A DNA stretch of 30,631 nucleotides from Gemmatimonadales bacterium (GCA_035703025.1 DASSYY010000054.1:1-30631), one strand, 5' to 3'. Positions 20,739 to 28,791 are shown, numbered from the stretch's first letter. Notes: generated by a model from the sequence alone, not told the origin. A program made the numbers and translations.

Positions 20739-21521
20739 CTAGCGCGCCCGCGCCGCCCGGCGGTAGGCCGAAGGGGAGAGCCCGGTCTCGCGCCGGAACA
20801 CGTTGGAGAAGTGGCTCTGATCCGCGAATCCCGCCGCGAGCGCGATCTCGGCCAGGGGAGCGTCCGTTTCCGCGACCGCGCGCGCGGCCCGCGTCACCCG
20901 GAGCCACCGCACGTAGGCGCCCACACTGCAGCCGTAGGCCTTGCGGAATCCGCGGGCCAGCGTCACGGGATGCACGCCGACCAGCGCCGCGAGGTCGCTC
21001 AGCGTTCCGACGGCGCCGGGGTCGTGCAGGTAGCTCCTCGCGTCGGTCAGCCAGCGCGGCAGCGTGCCGGTGAGGCGCAGCTCCCGCTCTCGCGCCGCCC
21101 CGGCGAGGATCTCGAGCAGGAGCCCTTCGATCGCGAGCGGCGCCGCGGTGTCGCGCCGGCGGAGCTCGCCCGCGACCCGCCACGCCAGCAGCGCCAGCCC
21201 GTCGTCCCGGAAGCTCGCCCGCTCCTCCAGCACCGTCGCGTGTCCGCCCAGACTCTCCACTCGGGACGCATCGGCCTCCACCAGCAGGCCGTGGGTCTCC
21301 TCCCGGCCGAACCGGTTCCAGTGCGGCTCCCGGGCGGGCGTGATCTTGAGGGTTCCAGGCGTACACTCGAGGGTGGCACCGGAGAAGCTCTCCGTGAACG
21401 TGCCGGCGTAGACGAAGCACAGCGTGGGGCCCGGATGGGTGTGCCACGGCAGGGCACTCCCGGCGGGGTGATGCCCTTCCCGCAGGATGAAGCCGCCAAC
21501 GCTGGTCGTGTGTTCCTCCAT
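20739..21521 (-). CDS. AraC-family transcriptional regulator (cupin + HTH)
   Basis: N-terminal WHTHPGPTLCFV cupin; C-terminal LAALVGVHPVTLARGFR and IALAAGFADQSHFSNVFRRETGLSPSAYR; SD GAGGGG. Confidence 0.92.
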   Translation of the reverse strand: MEEHTTSVGGFILREGHHPAGSALPWHTHPGPTLCFVYAGTFTESFSGATLECTPGTLKITPAREPHWNRFGREETHGLLVEADASRVESLGGHATVLEERASFRDDGLALLAWRVAGELRRRDTAAPLAIEGLLLEILAGAARERELRLTGTLPRWLTDARSYLHDPGAVGTLSDLAALVGVHPVTLARGFRKAYGCSVGAYVRWLRVTRAARAVAETDAPLAEIALAAGFADQSHFSNVFRRETGLSPSAYRRAARAR

Positions 21522-21664
21522 GCACCCTGCCCCTCATCGGATGTCTGAAGATGCTGCCCCGGCTCCGCCCACACAAATCCGCTCCGGCCCTTCAAGACCG
21601 TCAACTCCGCCCCGGCTAAGTATGCACGCTGGTTTGGAGTAGTTCGGATCCTGGCTGAAGGGGA

Positions 21665-22090
21665 ATGCGTATGCGCGGACAGTCGTTGCTTGCGGGCGTT
21701 GGTCTGGTCTTCCTTCTGGGCGCGTGCGGCGGCGGCTCGGACGTGACCAGCCCTACCACCAGCGGGCCCAATACCGTGACGGTCGGCAACAACTTCTACT
21801 CGCCCGCCTCGCTCACCGTCCCGGCGAATACCACCGTCACCTGGGCGTGGGCCAGCGGCGCGGCGACCCACACCGTCACCTTCGACAACGGCGGGCCGAC
21901 ATCCCCGCAGCAGAGCTCGGGCACCTTCGAGCACGCCTTCGGCACGCCGGGGACGTACACCTACTTCTGCCAGATCCACGGCGCGAACGTGATGCACGGG
22001 ACGATCGTCGTGACCGGTGCGGGGTCCGGCTCGGGCGGCGGCGGTATGGGGGGCGGGGGGACCGGCGGTGGCGGGGGTGCGGGTTACTGA
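21665..22090 (+). CDS. Plastocyanin-like single-domain cupredoxin lipoprotein with Gly-rich tail
   Basis: SD AAGGGG; lipobox LGA-C; HTVTF and YFCQIHGANVM (C-x2-H-x4-M); tail GAGSGSGGGGMGGGGTGGGGGAGY. The start may be ATG 21671. Confidence 0.88.
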   Translation: MRMRGQSLLAGVGLVFLLGACGGGSDVTSPTTSGPNTVTVGNNFYSPASLTVPANTTVTWAWASGAATHTVTFDNGGPTSPQQSSGTFEHAFGTPGTYTYFCQIHGANVMHGTIVVTGAGSGSGGGGMGGGGTGGGGGAGY

Positions 22091-23148
22091 ACGTGCCGGA
22101 GCAGGCGGACCACCGCCTGCTCCTCCTCGCTGAGTCCGGCGCCGCTGCCCTTGGGCGATCCGCCGTTCTTCAGCGCCTCGTGCAGCGTGCCGGCCTGGTA
22201 GGTCTCCAGCACAGCCGGATGGACGTAGTACTTCCGGCACACTGCGCGCGTGTTGTTGAGCTGCTCGGCGACCTGGTCGATGGCCTTGAGGATGGCGGCC
22301 TTCGCCTCGCGCTCGCTGGGCGCGGGGCCGACCGCCTCCAGCGCGGCCACCGCCTGCAGGGTGCCAGCCCAGGTCCGGAAGTCCTTCGCCGTAAACTCCT
22401 CGTCGGTCAGCTCGCGCAGGTAGTCGTTGACGTCGCCCGACCCGATCGACACCCGCTTGCCCTCGTCGTCCAGATACTGAAACAGATCGGCGCCCGGCAC
22501 GGCCTGGCACCGTGCCACGATCCGGGCCAGCCGCCGGTCGCTCAGCGAGACGCGGTGGGTCTTGCCGCTCTTTCCCCGGAACTCGAAGCGGAGATTCGCC
22601 CCCGAGATCTCTACGTGGCGGTCCTGCAGCGTCGTGAGCCCGAACGACCGGTTGTTCCGCGCGTACTCGCCGTTCCCTACCCGGATCGCCGTGCACTCGA
22701 GCAGCCGCACCACCGTAGCCAGGACCTTCTCCTTCGGCAGGCCGGGCCGGGCGAGGTCCTCGTCCACCCGCTTCCGCAGTGCGGGGAGCGCGTCGCTGAA
22801 GGCCAGCATCCGGCCGAACTTGGTCTCGTCCCGCACCTCACGCCACTTCGGATGGTACCGGTACTGCTTCCGGCCTCGCGCATCGCGGCCGGTGGCCTGG
22901 ATGTGGCCGCTGGGGAGCGGGCAGATCCACACGTCGGTGTAGGCGGGCGGGATCGCGAGGCTTCGGATTCGCGCCAGCGTCGCCTTGTCCCGGACGAACT
23001 TCCCGTCCGCGCCGATGTAGCTGAACCCCCGTCCCGCGCGCCGGCGGCGGATGCCGGGCGACGCGTCGCTCACGTATCTGAGACCGGCCGCCTGCGCCGA
23101 CTCCAGCGGGTCGGAGGACTGCTGCTGCTTGGGCCGGCGGGTGGGCAT
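22084..23148 (-). CDS. Bacterial DNA topoisomerase IB
   Basis: LRYVSD..PGIRR, GHIQATGRDARGRKQYRYHP, AIRVG, FRGKSGK, FTAKDFRTW, LNNTRAVCRKYYVHP (R-K-R-N-Y pentad). ATG 23148. Confidence 0.93.
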   Translation of the reverse strand: MPTRRPKQQQSSDPLESAQAAGLRYVSDASPGIRRRRAGRGFSYIGADGKFVRDKATLARIRSLAIPPAYTDVWICPLPSGHIQATGRDARGRKQYRYHPKWREVRDETKFGRMLAFSDALPALRKRVDEDLARPGLPKEKVLATVVRLLECTAIRVGNGEYARNNRSFGLTTLQDRHVEISGANLRFEFRGKSGKTHRVSLSDRRLARIVARCQAVPGADLFQYLDDEGKRVSIGSGDVNDYLRELTDEEFTAKDFRTWAGTLQAVAALEAVGPAPSEREAKAAILKAIDQVAEQLNNTRAVCRKYYVHPAVLETYQAGTLHEALKNGGSPKGSGAGLSEEEQAVVRLLRHVQ

Positions 23149-23265
23149 CGAAGGTTCCGCAGTTCGTGTGATGGCGATCGGGCACCGGCCAAGATCCTTC
23201 GGGACGGACGGCAGCACCGTGGGGTGGGACACAAACCGGCGGGTTCGCCCGCGGCAGACGCGTAA

Positions 23266-23281
23266 AGTGACGCCAGTCACA
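23266..23281. promoter_or_regulatory. CRP/FNR-family-like site AGTGA-CGCCAG-TCACA in the divergent topIB/ProDH spacer
   Basis: One mismatch from TGTGA-N6-TCACA; contains GTGAC-N4-GTCAC as at 3522. Confidence 0.5.
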
Positions 23282-23406
23282 GGGTTGCATAAACATTCAC
23301 CGCCGCGCCGCCCTCTACACTCCGCCGCCCGCTCCGGCTAGCTTCGGAGCGGTTTTTGCGCGGTCGCGGCCGCCTCCCAAGCTTCCGACAAGGTGCCATC
23401 GTGATC

Positions 23407-24336
23407 ATGCGACAGGGCCTGCTCTGGCTCTCCGAGCGGCAGGGCGTGTTCAACTTCGTGCGCCGCAACGGCCTCGCCCGGCGGTTCGCATCCCGCTTCG
23501 TGGCGGGCGAGTCGATCGATCAAGGGGTCGAGGCGGCCCGGGAGCTGAGCCGCCGGGGAATCACCGCCTCGCTCGACCTGCTGGGCGAGAGCGTGTCGGC
23601 CGAGGCCGAGGCGGTCGCCGCGCGCGACCAGTACCTCCGGATGCTCGACCGCATGGCCGCGAGCGGGGCCGAGGTCAACGTGTCGGTCAAGCTGACGCAG
23701 ATGGGCCTCGACATCGCGGAGGAGCTCTGCGTGGCCAACATGATGGCCATCCTGGAGAAGGCGGCCGCCCTGCACGGGTTCGTCCGCCTGGACATGGAGA
23801 GCTCCGCCTACACGCAGCGCACCCTCGACTTCTTCCGGACCCGGCTGTTCGAGCGGTTCGGCGCTCACTGCGGCGTCGTCATCCAGTCGATGCTCCGCCG
23901 GTCGGAGCAGGACATCGAGGACCTGATCGCGATGAAGGCGCGGGTGCGCCTCTGCAAGGGCGCCTACCTCGAGCCGCCGGCGGTCGCCTTTCCCGACAAG
24001 GCCGACGTGGACCGGAGCTACCTGCGGCTGATGGAACGGCTGCTCGCCGCCGGCAACTATCCGGGGCTCGCCACCCACGACGAGGCCATCATCGCCCACG
24101 CGCGCGAGTTCGTCCGGCGGGAGGGAATCGGCAGCGACCGGTTCGAGTTCCAGATGCTCTACGGCGTGCGGCGCGACCTGCAGGAGAGTCTCCGCCGGGC
24201 GGGGTTCCGGCTCCGGGTCTACATCCCCTTCGGGACGCAGTGGTATCCTTATCTCATGCGGCGACTGGCGGAGCGGCCCGCCAACATCGCCTTCTTCCTC
24301 GGCAACATCGTGCGGGAGTCGGTACCGGGACGGTGA
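23407..24336 (+). CDS. putB: Monofunctional proline dehydrogenase (PutB type)
   Basis: RFVAGE, LDLLGE, SVKLTQMG, RLDMESS, RLCKGAY, ATHD, EFQMLYG, VYIPFG, YLMRRLAERPAN. ATG 23407 or GTG 23401. Confidence 0.92.
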   Translation: MRQGLLWLSERQGVFNFVRRNGLARRFASRFVAGESIDQGVEAARELSRRGITASLDLLGESVSAEAEAVAARDQYLRMLDRMAASGAEVNVSVKLTQMGLDIAEELCVANMMAILEKAAALHGFVRLDMESSAYTQRTLDFFRTRLFERFGAHCGVVIQSMLRRSEQDIEDLIAMKARVRLCKGAYLEPPAVAFPDKADVDRSYLRLMERLLAAGNYPGLATHDEAIIAHAREFVRREGIGSDRFEFQMLYGVRRDLQESLRRAGFRLRVYIPFGTQWYPYLMRRLAERPANIAFFLGNIVRESVPGR

Positions 24337-24647
24337 GCGAACTGACGCTGGGCGGCTATATGGCCAAGCACGAGCGGGCGGCGGCCTTCGGCGGCAGCGA
24401 CGGCCACGCGTACTCCGTGGCCATCTACGTCGACGAGGAGCCGGACGTGCGCGGTCTCTACGGGGCCGCGCTGCTGTTCGTGCGCTGGTCGTCGGGGGGC
24501 GACCGCCCGGTCGGCCACGTGGAGACCGATACCCTCGCATGGGGCCGCACCGAGGCCGAAGCCGAAGAGCGCCTCAAGGCGCTCTCCCTGTACGACGTCA
24601 AGGCCGCGCTCGACGAATCGATCGCCCGCGCGCCAGCGGAGTGGTGA
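24333..24647 (+). CDS. Hypothetical protein, about 104 aa
   Basis: GTGA overlaps at both ends (putB stop and rsgA start); globular-looking composition. Alternative start ATG 24360. Confidence 0.75.
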   Translation: MSELTLGGYMAKHERAAAFGGSDGHAYSVAIYVDEEPDVRGLYGAALLFVRWSSGGDRPVGHVETDTLAWGRTEAEAEERLKALSLYDVKAALDESIARAPAEW

Positions 24648-25549
24648 GTTCGCTGCTCGGCACCGTGCTCGAGCGCGACGGGTCGGTCTATCGGATCGCG
24701 ACGGCGGACGGGGAGATCCGGGCGGTGCTCGCCGGCAAGGCCAAGCGCGACACCACCCGGGTCGTGGTCGGCGACCGGGTGCGGCTCGAGCCCGATCCCG
24801 AGGCGGAGCTGCACGCCATCGTGGGCGTCGAGCCCCGCACCGCCCTGCTCGAGCGGCGCGTGCCCGAGGGACGCGGCGCCCGGCCCGTTGCCGCCAACAT
24901 CGACCAGGTCTTCGTCGTCACCGCCGCCGTCGATCCGACTCCGATCCCCCAGCTCATCGACCGCCTGCTCGTCGTGGCGGAGGCCAACGAGATCCCCGCC
25001 GCGGTGGTCGTCAACAAGGTCGATCTCGACCCGGGCAGTGCGCTGATCGCCCGCTTCCGGAAGGCCGGCTACGCGGTCTACGCGACGAGCACCCGGTCAG
25101 GCGAGGGGATCGCCGAGTTCGGGGCTGCGCTGGCGGGGCGCATCTCGGTGGTCACCGGCCCCTCGGGCGCCGGCAAGTCGAGCCTCCTCAACCACCTGCA
25201 GCCGGGCCTCAAGCTCCGCATCGGCGAGCTCAGCGCCAAGGTGCGCCGCGGCAAGCACACCACGGTCTCCGCGGTCATGCTGCCGCTCGATGCCGGGGGC
25301 TACCTGGTGGACACGCCGGGGTTCAGCGAGGTGGGGTTGTGGGGGATCGATCCGGGGCAGCTCGACACCTGCTTTCCCGAGTTCCGGCCGGTGCTGGGCG
25401 ACTGCCGCTACGCCGACTGCCGGCACCGCAGCGAGCCGGGGTGCCGGGTCCGGGAGGCGGTCGAGGGCGGCGCGATCGCCCGGGACCGGTGGGAGAGCTA
25501 CCTGGTGCTGCTCGAGGAGCTGGAGAGCGCGCCGCGGGAGTGGGAGTAG
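24644..25549 (+). CDS. rsgA: Ribosome small subunit-dependent GTPase A
   Basis: OB-fold N-terminus, ANID, NKVD (G4), GPSGAGKSS (G1), GKHTT, DTPGF, Zn finger CRYADCRHRSEPGC; circularly permuted GTPase order. Confidence 0.95.
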   Translation: MSSLLGTVLERDGSVYRIATADGEIRAVLAGKAKRDTTRVVVGDRVRLEPDPEAELHAIVGVEPRTALLERRVPEGRGARPVAANIDQVFVVTAAVDPTPIPQLIDRLLVVAEANEIPAAVVVNKVDLDPGSALIARFRKAGYAVYATSTRSGEGIAEFGAALAGRISVVTGPSGAGKSSLLNHLQPGLKLRIGELSAKVRRGKHTTVSAVMLPLDAGGYLVDTPGFSEVGLWGIDPGQLDTCFPEFRPVLGDCRYADCRHRSEPGCRVREAVEGGAIARDRWESYLVLLEELESAPREWE

Positions 25550-25647
25550 GGCAGGCGGGCAGGCGGGCAGTTTGACTGCGAAGCGTGTGCTGGCTAGAAC
25601 GATCGGGCTGTTACCGACCGCCTGACCGCCCGTCCGCCTGCCCGCCC
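25549..25647. repeat. Tandem 8-bp GCGGNCRG repeats in inverted orientation on either side of the rsgA/ypjD junction
   Basis: + strand GGGCAG-GCGGGCAG-GCGGGCAG (25549-25570); 25614-25645 CCGACCGC-CTGACCGC-CCGTCCGC-CTGCCCGC, whose reverse complement is four degenerate GCGGNCRG units. Confidence 0.75.
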
Positions 25648-25958
25648 TTCTTCTTCCACCGATCCCGGTCCCGGGTCTCCACCTTCGCCATCATCCGATC
25701 GAACGCGGCCTGCAGGTCGATCCCCTCGCGGTTGGCCATGCAAATCAGCACGAACAGGATATCCGCCATCTCCATGGCGAGGTCGCCATCGGCCTCGTCC
25801 GGCTTCTTCGTCTTCTGGCCGAACCGGTGATTCACCTCGCGCGCCAGCTCGCCGACCTCCTCGGCCAGCCGGGCGAGATTGGTGAGCGGATGGAAGTAGC
25901 CCTCCTCGTACTGGCTGATCCACGCGTCGACCCGCCGCTGTGCGTCGTCCAGCGACAT
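25611..25958 (-). CDS. ypjD: MazG-like nucleotide pyrophosphohydrolase (YpjD family)
   Basis: GYFHPLTNLARLAEEVGELAREVNH..G.K.KK..E...EMADILFVLICMAN...IDL, with the EEVGE..E / E.AD metal motif. Confidence 0.88.
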   Translation of the reverse strand: MSLDDAQRRVDAWISQYEEGYFHPLTNLARLAEEVGELAREVNHRFGQKTKKPDEADGDLAMEMADILFVLICMANREGIDLQAAFDRMMAKVETRDRDRWKKKGGQADGRSGGR

Positions 25959-25959
25959 C

Positions 25960-26517
25960 CTAGCGCGCGCCCCCCACGGGCTCGGCGACGGCCGGGCGGC
26001 CGGCCTCGAGCGCGCGGATGAGCGCCCGCATGAACTGCGGGAGATCGGCCGGCGTGCGCGAGGAGATCAGGTTGCCGTCGACGACGACCGGGCTGTCCTC
26101 CCAGACCATGCCGGCGTTGACGAGATCGTCCTTGATCGCGCCGACCGAGGTGCCGCGCTTGTTGCGGACGATCCCGGCCGAGATCGGCACCCACCCGGCG
26201 TGGCAGATGAACGCGACCGGCTTGTCGGCCTCGTAGATCTGGCGGGTGAGCTGGAGCAGCTTCTTCGACCGGCGCATGATGTCCGGCGCGTAGCCGCCGG
26301 GAATCACCAGGCCGTCGAAGTGATCGGCGCTGAGATCCTCGACGTCGGCGTCGACGGTCAGCGGGTAGCCCCGCTTGCCCTGGTAGGTGCGCTCGCCGGT
26401 GCCGGCGACGACCGTGCGCGCGCCTTCCTCTTCGAGGCGGATCTTGGGGTACCAGAGCTCGAGGTCTTCGTAGAGGGGACCGGCGAAGAACAACACGGTC
26501 GTGCCTTGCAGTCTCAT
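25960..26517 (-). CDS. pfpI: PfpI/DJ-1 family protein (type 1 glutamine amidotransferase-like)
   Basis: YEDLELWYP (Glu), GLVIPGGYAPD, AFICHAGW (Cys-His), VVVDGNLISSRTPADLP. ATG 26517. Confidence 0.9.
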   Translation of the reverse strand: MRLQGTTVLFFAGPLYEDLELWYPKIRLEEEGARTVVAGTGERTYQGKRGYPLTVDADVEDLSADHFDGLVIPGGYAPDIMRRSKKLLQLTRQIYEADKPVAFICHAGWVPISAGIVRNKRGTSVGAIKDDLVNAGMVWEDSPVVVDGNLISSRTPADLPQFMRALIRALEAGRPAVAEPVGGAR

Positions 26518-26569
26518 GGGGTGCTCATGCGGCGGAAGATCCTGGCCGGGGCGGGGTGCCCCGGCCGCT

Positions 26570-26585
26570 CCGCTAAGTATAGCGG
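26570..26585 (-). promoter_or_regulatory. -10 box TATACT (26576-26581, minus strand) inside palindrome CCGCTA-AGTA-TAGCGG, upstream of pfpI
   Basis: Read directly from the sequence; about 60 bp upstream of the pfpI ATG. Confidence 0.5.
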
Positions 26586-26626
26586 TGGATCCGCAGACAC
26601 TCGATGGTCGCTCTTGCAGAATCCAT

Positions 26627-26640
26627 TCTCCGCGCGGAGA
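26627..26640. promoter_or_regulatory. Perfect 14-bp palindrome TCTCCGCGCGGAGA in the pfpI/hypothetical divergent spacer
   Basis: Read directly; lies in the 17-bp spacer of a weak TTGCAG..GAGATT promoter-like pair (26614-26642). Confidence 0.35.
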
Positions 26641-26749
26641 TTCTCCGATCCGATGCGGGCCACGGACTTCGCGCGGTGTCGGCCCGCCGCCGATCGCTGC
26701 CGCCTCCTGCGCACTCCCGCGTCCGTTCCGCCGACTTCGGAGCTCACCC

Positions 26750-26992
26750 ATGCGATCCCGCGACCGCATCCTCGCCAACCTCGAGTCCATCTACCGCGAG
26801 AACTATGACCGCGCGAAGGAATCGGGGGATCGGGGCCGCATGACCGACCTCGACAGCGCGTACATGCGGGACCAGCTCATGCTGGAAATCCTGCTGGACA
26901 TTCGGGACCTGTTCTCCGTCGCGCCCGCCGCCTCTGGCGGCAGCGCTCTCGAGAAGCTCGAGGCCCTCCGCCGGCTCACCAAACTCCGCTAA
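26750..26992 (+). CDS. Small helical hypothetical protein, 80 aa
   Basis: GGAG SD then ATG 26750; MRSRDRILANLESIYRENY...DQLMLEILLDIRDL...LEKLEALRRLTKLR; 7 bp upstream of the amidohydrolase gene. Confidence 0.75.
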   Translation: MRSRDRILANLESIYRENYDRAKESGDRGRMTDLDSAYMRDQLMLEILLDIRDLFSVAPAASGGSALEKLEALRRLTKLR

Positions 26993-26999
26993 GGCCGCC

Positions 27000-28673
27000 A
27001 TGCCCGCTCTCCGCCCACTCCGCCGCGCGCTCCCGCTGCTGGCCGTCGTCGTCGGCTGCCGTGGCGCGCCCAAGGTGAAGCCGGCAGATCTCGTGGTCTA
27101 CGGCCGGATCTGGACCGGCGACTCGGCCGCGCCCTGGGCGGCGGCGCTGGCAGCCTCGGGCGATACGGTGCAGGCCGTGGGCGACAGCGCGAGCATCGCG
27201 CCGTACGCCGGGGCCGGGACCAGGGTGCTGGCCAACGGCTCGGCGATGGTCGTACCGGGGTTCATGGACGGGCACACCCACTTCACCGACGGCGGCTTTC
27301 AGCTCGCCAGCGTGGACCTCCGGCCGGCGAACACGCCCCGGGAGTTCATCGCGCGGCTCAAGGCGTTCGCACTCGAGCGGCAGCCCGGCGAGTGGATCCT
27401 CGGCGGCAACTGGGACCACGAGCGCTGGCCCGGGGCGCCGCTGCCGCGCCGCGAGTGGATCGACTCGGTGACGCCCAACAACCCCGTCTTCGTCTATCGG
27501 CTCGACGGGCACATGGGGCTGGCCAACAGCGCGGCGCTCAGGGCGGCGAAAGTGTCGCGCGCCACGCGCGACATCGCGGGTGGCGTCATCGTGCGGGACC
27601 GGCGCACCGGCGAGCCCACGGGCGTGCTCAAGGACATGGCGATGGGCCCGGTGGAGCGGGCCATCCCCACGCCCACCGACGAGCAGCGCGACGCCGCCCT
27701 CCGGCGCGCGCTGGCCTATGCCGCATCGAAGGGTGTCACCGCCTTCGCCCACGTCAGCGTGGTCCCCGCCGATCTCGGCACCTACCTGCGGGCCAAGGCG
27801 GCGGGCGCGCTCACGGCGCGCGCCGCGCTCTACTTCCCGCTGGAGACGTGGCACGCCGTCGCGGACACCGTGAAGGCGCTCGGCCGCGGCGACGACTGGG
27901 TCTGGATCGGCGGCGTCAAAGGCTACGTCGACGGCTCGCTCGGCTCGACCACCGCGCTGTTCTACGCGCCGTACGAAGACGACCCGAGCACCGCGGGCGT
28001 GCTGGTCACCCCCGAGGACTCGCTCCGGGCGTGGGTCGGCGCCGCGGACTCGGCCGGGCTGCAGGTGGCGGTCCACGCGATCGGCGAGCGCGCCAACGGG
28101 CTCATTCTCGACATCTACGACAGCGTGGCCCGGGCCCACGGGCCGCGCGACCGCCGGTTCCGGATCGAGCACGCCCAGCACCTCAGGCGCCAGGACATCG
28201 ACCGCATTGCACAGAGCGGCGTCATCGCGTCGATGCAGCCCTATCACGCGATCGACGATGGCCGCTGGGCCCAGAAGCGGATCGGGCCGGAGCGGATCAA
28301 GACGACCTACGCATTCCGCTCACTGCTCGACCGGAAGGCCCACCTCGCCTTCGGGTCGGACTGGACGGTCGCGCCGATCGATCCGCTGCTGGGCATCTAT
28401 GCCGCCGTCACGCGGCGGACGCTCGACGGCAAGAATCCGGGCGGGTGGATCCCGCAGGAAAAGATCACCGTGGAGGAGGCGCTCCGAGCCTACACCAGCG
28501 GCGACGCCTATGGCGTCTTCGCGGAGCGGCGCCGAGGCCGGCTCGCGCCGGGCTACAAGGCCGATCTGGTGCTGCTCGACCAGGACCTGACCCAGATCCC
28601 GCCGGAGGCGATCGAGCGGGCCACCGTACGGGTCACGGTGGTTGGCGGGCGTGTCGTATATGAGGCTCCATAG
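27000..28673 (+). CDS. Amidohydrolase family 3 (YtcJ-like) metal-dependent hydrolase, predicted lipoprotein
   Basis: Lipobox VVG-C; PGFMDGHTH, RLDGHMGLANS, YVDGSLGSTTA, HAIGERAN, RIEHAQ, FGSDW, LAPGYKADLVLLD. Confidence 0.9.
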   Translation: MPALRPLRRALPLLAVVVGCRGAPKVKPADLVVYGRIWTGDSAAPWAAALAASGDTVQAVGDSASIAPYAGAGTRVLANGSAMVVPGFMDGHTHFTDGGFQLASVDLRPANTPREFIARLKAFALERQPGEWILGGNWDHERWPGAPLPRREWIDSVTPNNPVFVYRLDGHMGLANSAALRAAKVSRATRDIAGGVIVRDRRTGEPTGVLKDMAMGPVERAIPTPTDEQRDAALRRALAYAASKGVTAFAHVSVVPADLGTYLRAKAAGALTARAALYFPLETWHAVADTVKALGRGDDWVWIGGVKGYVDGSLGSTTALFYAPYEDDPSTAGVLVTPEDSLRAWVGAADSAGLQVAVHAIGERANGLILDIYDSVARAHGPRDRRFRIEHAQHLRRQDIDRIAQSGVIASMQPYHAIDDGRWAQKRIGPERIKTTYAFRSLLDRKAHLAFGSDWTVAPIDPLLGIYAAVTRRTLDGKNPGGWIPQEKITVEEALRAYTSGDAYGVFAERRRGRLAPGYKADLVLLDQDLTQIPPEAIERATVRVTVVGGRVVYEAP

Positions 28674-28682
28674 CGCCAGGCT

Positions 28683-28779
28683 GCGACAAAGATAGGCCAA
28701 GCCCACCAGTCCGGTGTCGCGTTCCCGGACGCTTGCTCGATACGGCACTGTCGCCTGCCAAGCGGTCCGACACTGTCGC
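28683..28779. repeat. Cluster of four TGTCGC hexamers (one inverted)
   Basis: GCGACA 28683-88; TGTCGC at 28715, 28749 and 28774. CACTGTCGC and TGTCGCGTT each occur twice. Confidence 0.6.
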
Positions 28780-28791
28780 GTTTCTAGCGGC

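Noticed and set aside
21615-21623. GCTAAGTAT shared between 21615 and 26572 as a possible regulator motif
   Set aside because: On the minus strand both read as -10 boxes (CATACT, TATACT) with similar downstream bases, so ordinary promoter sequence explains the match.
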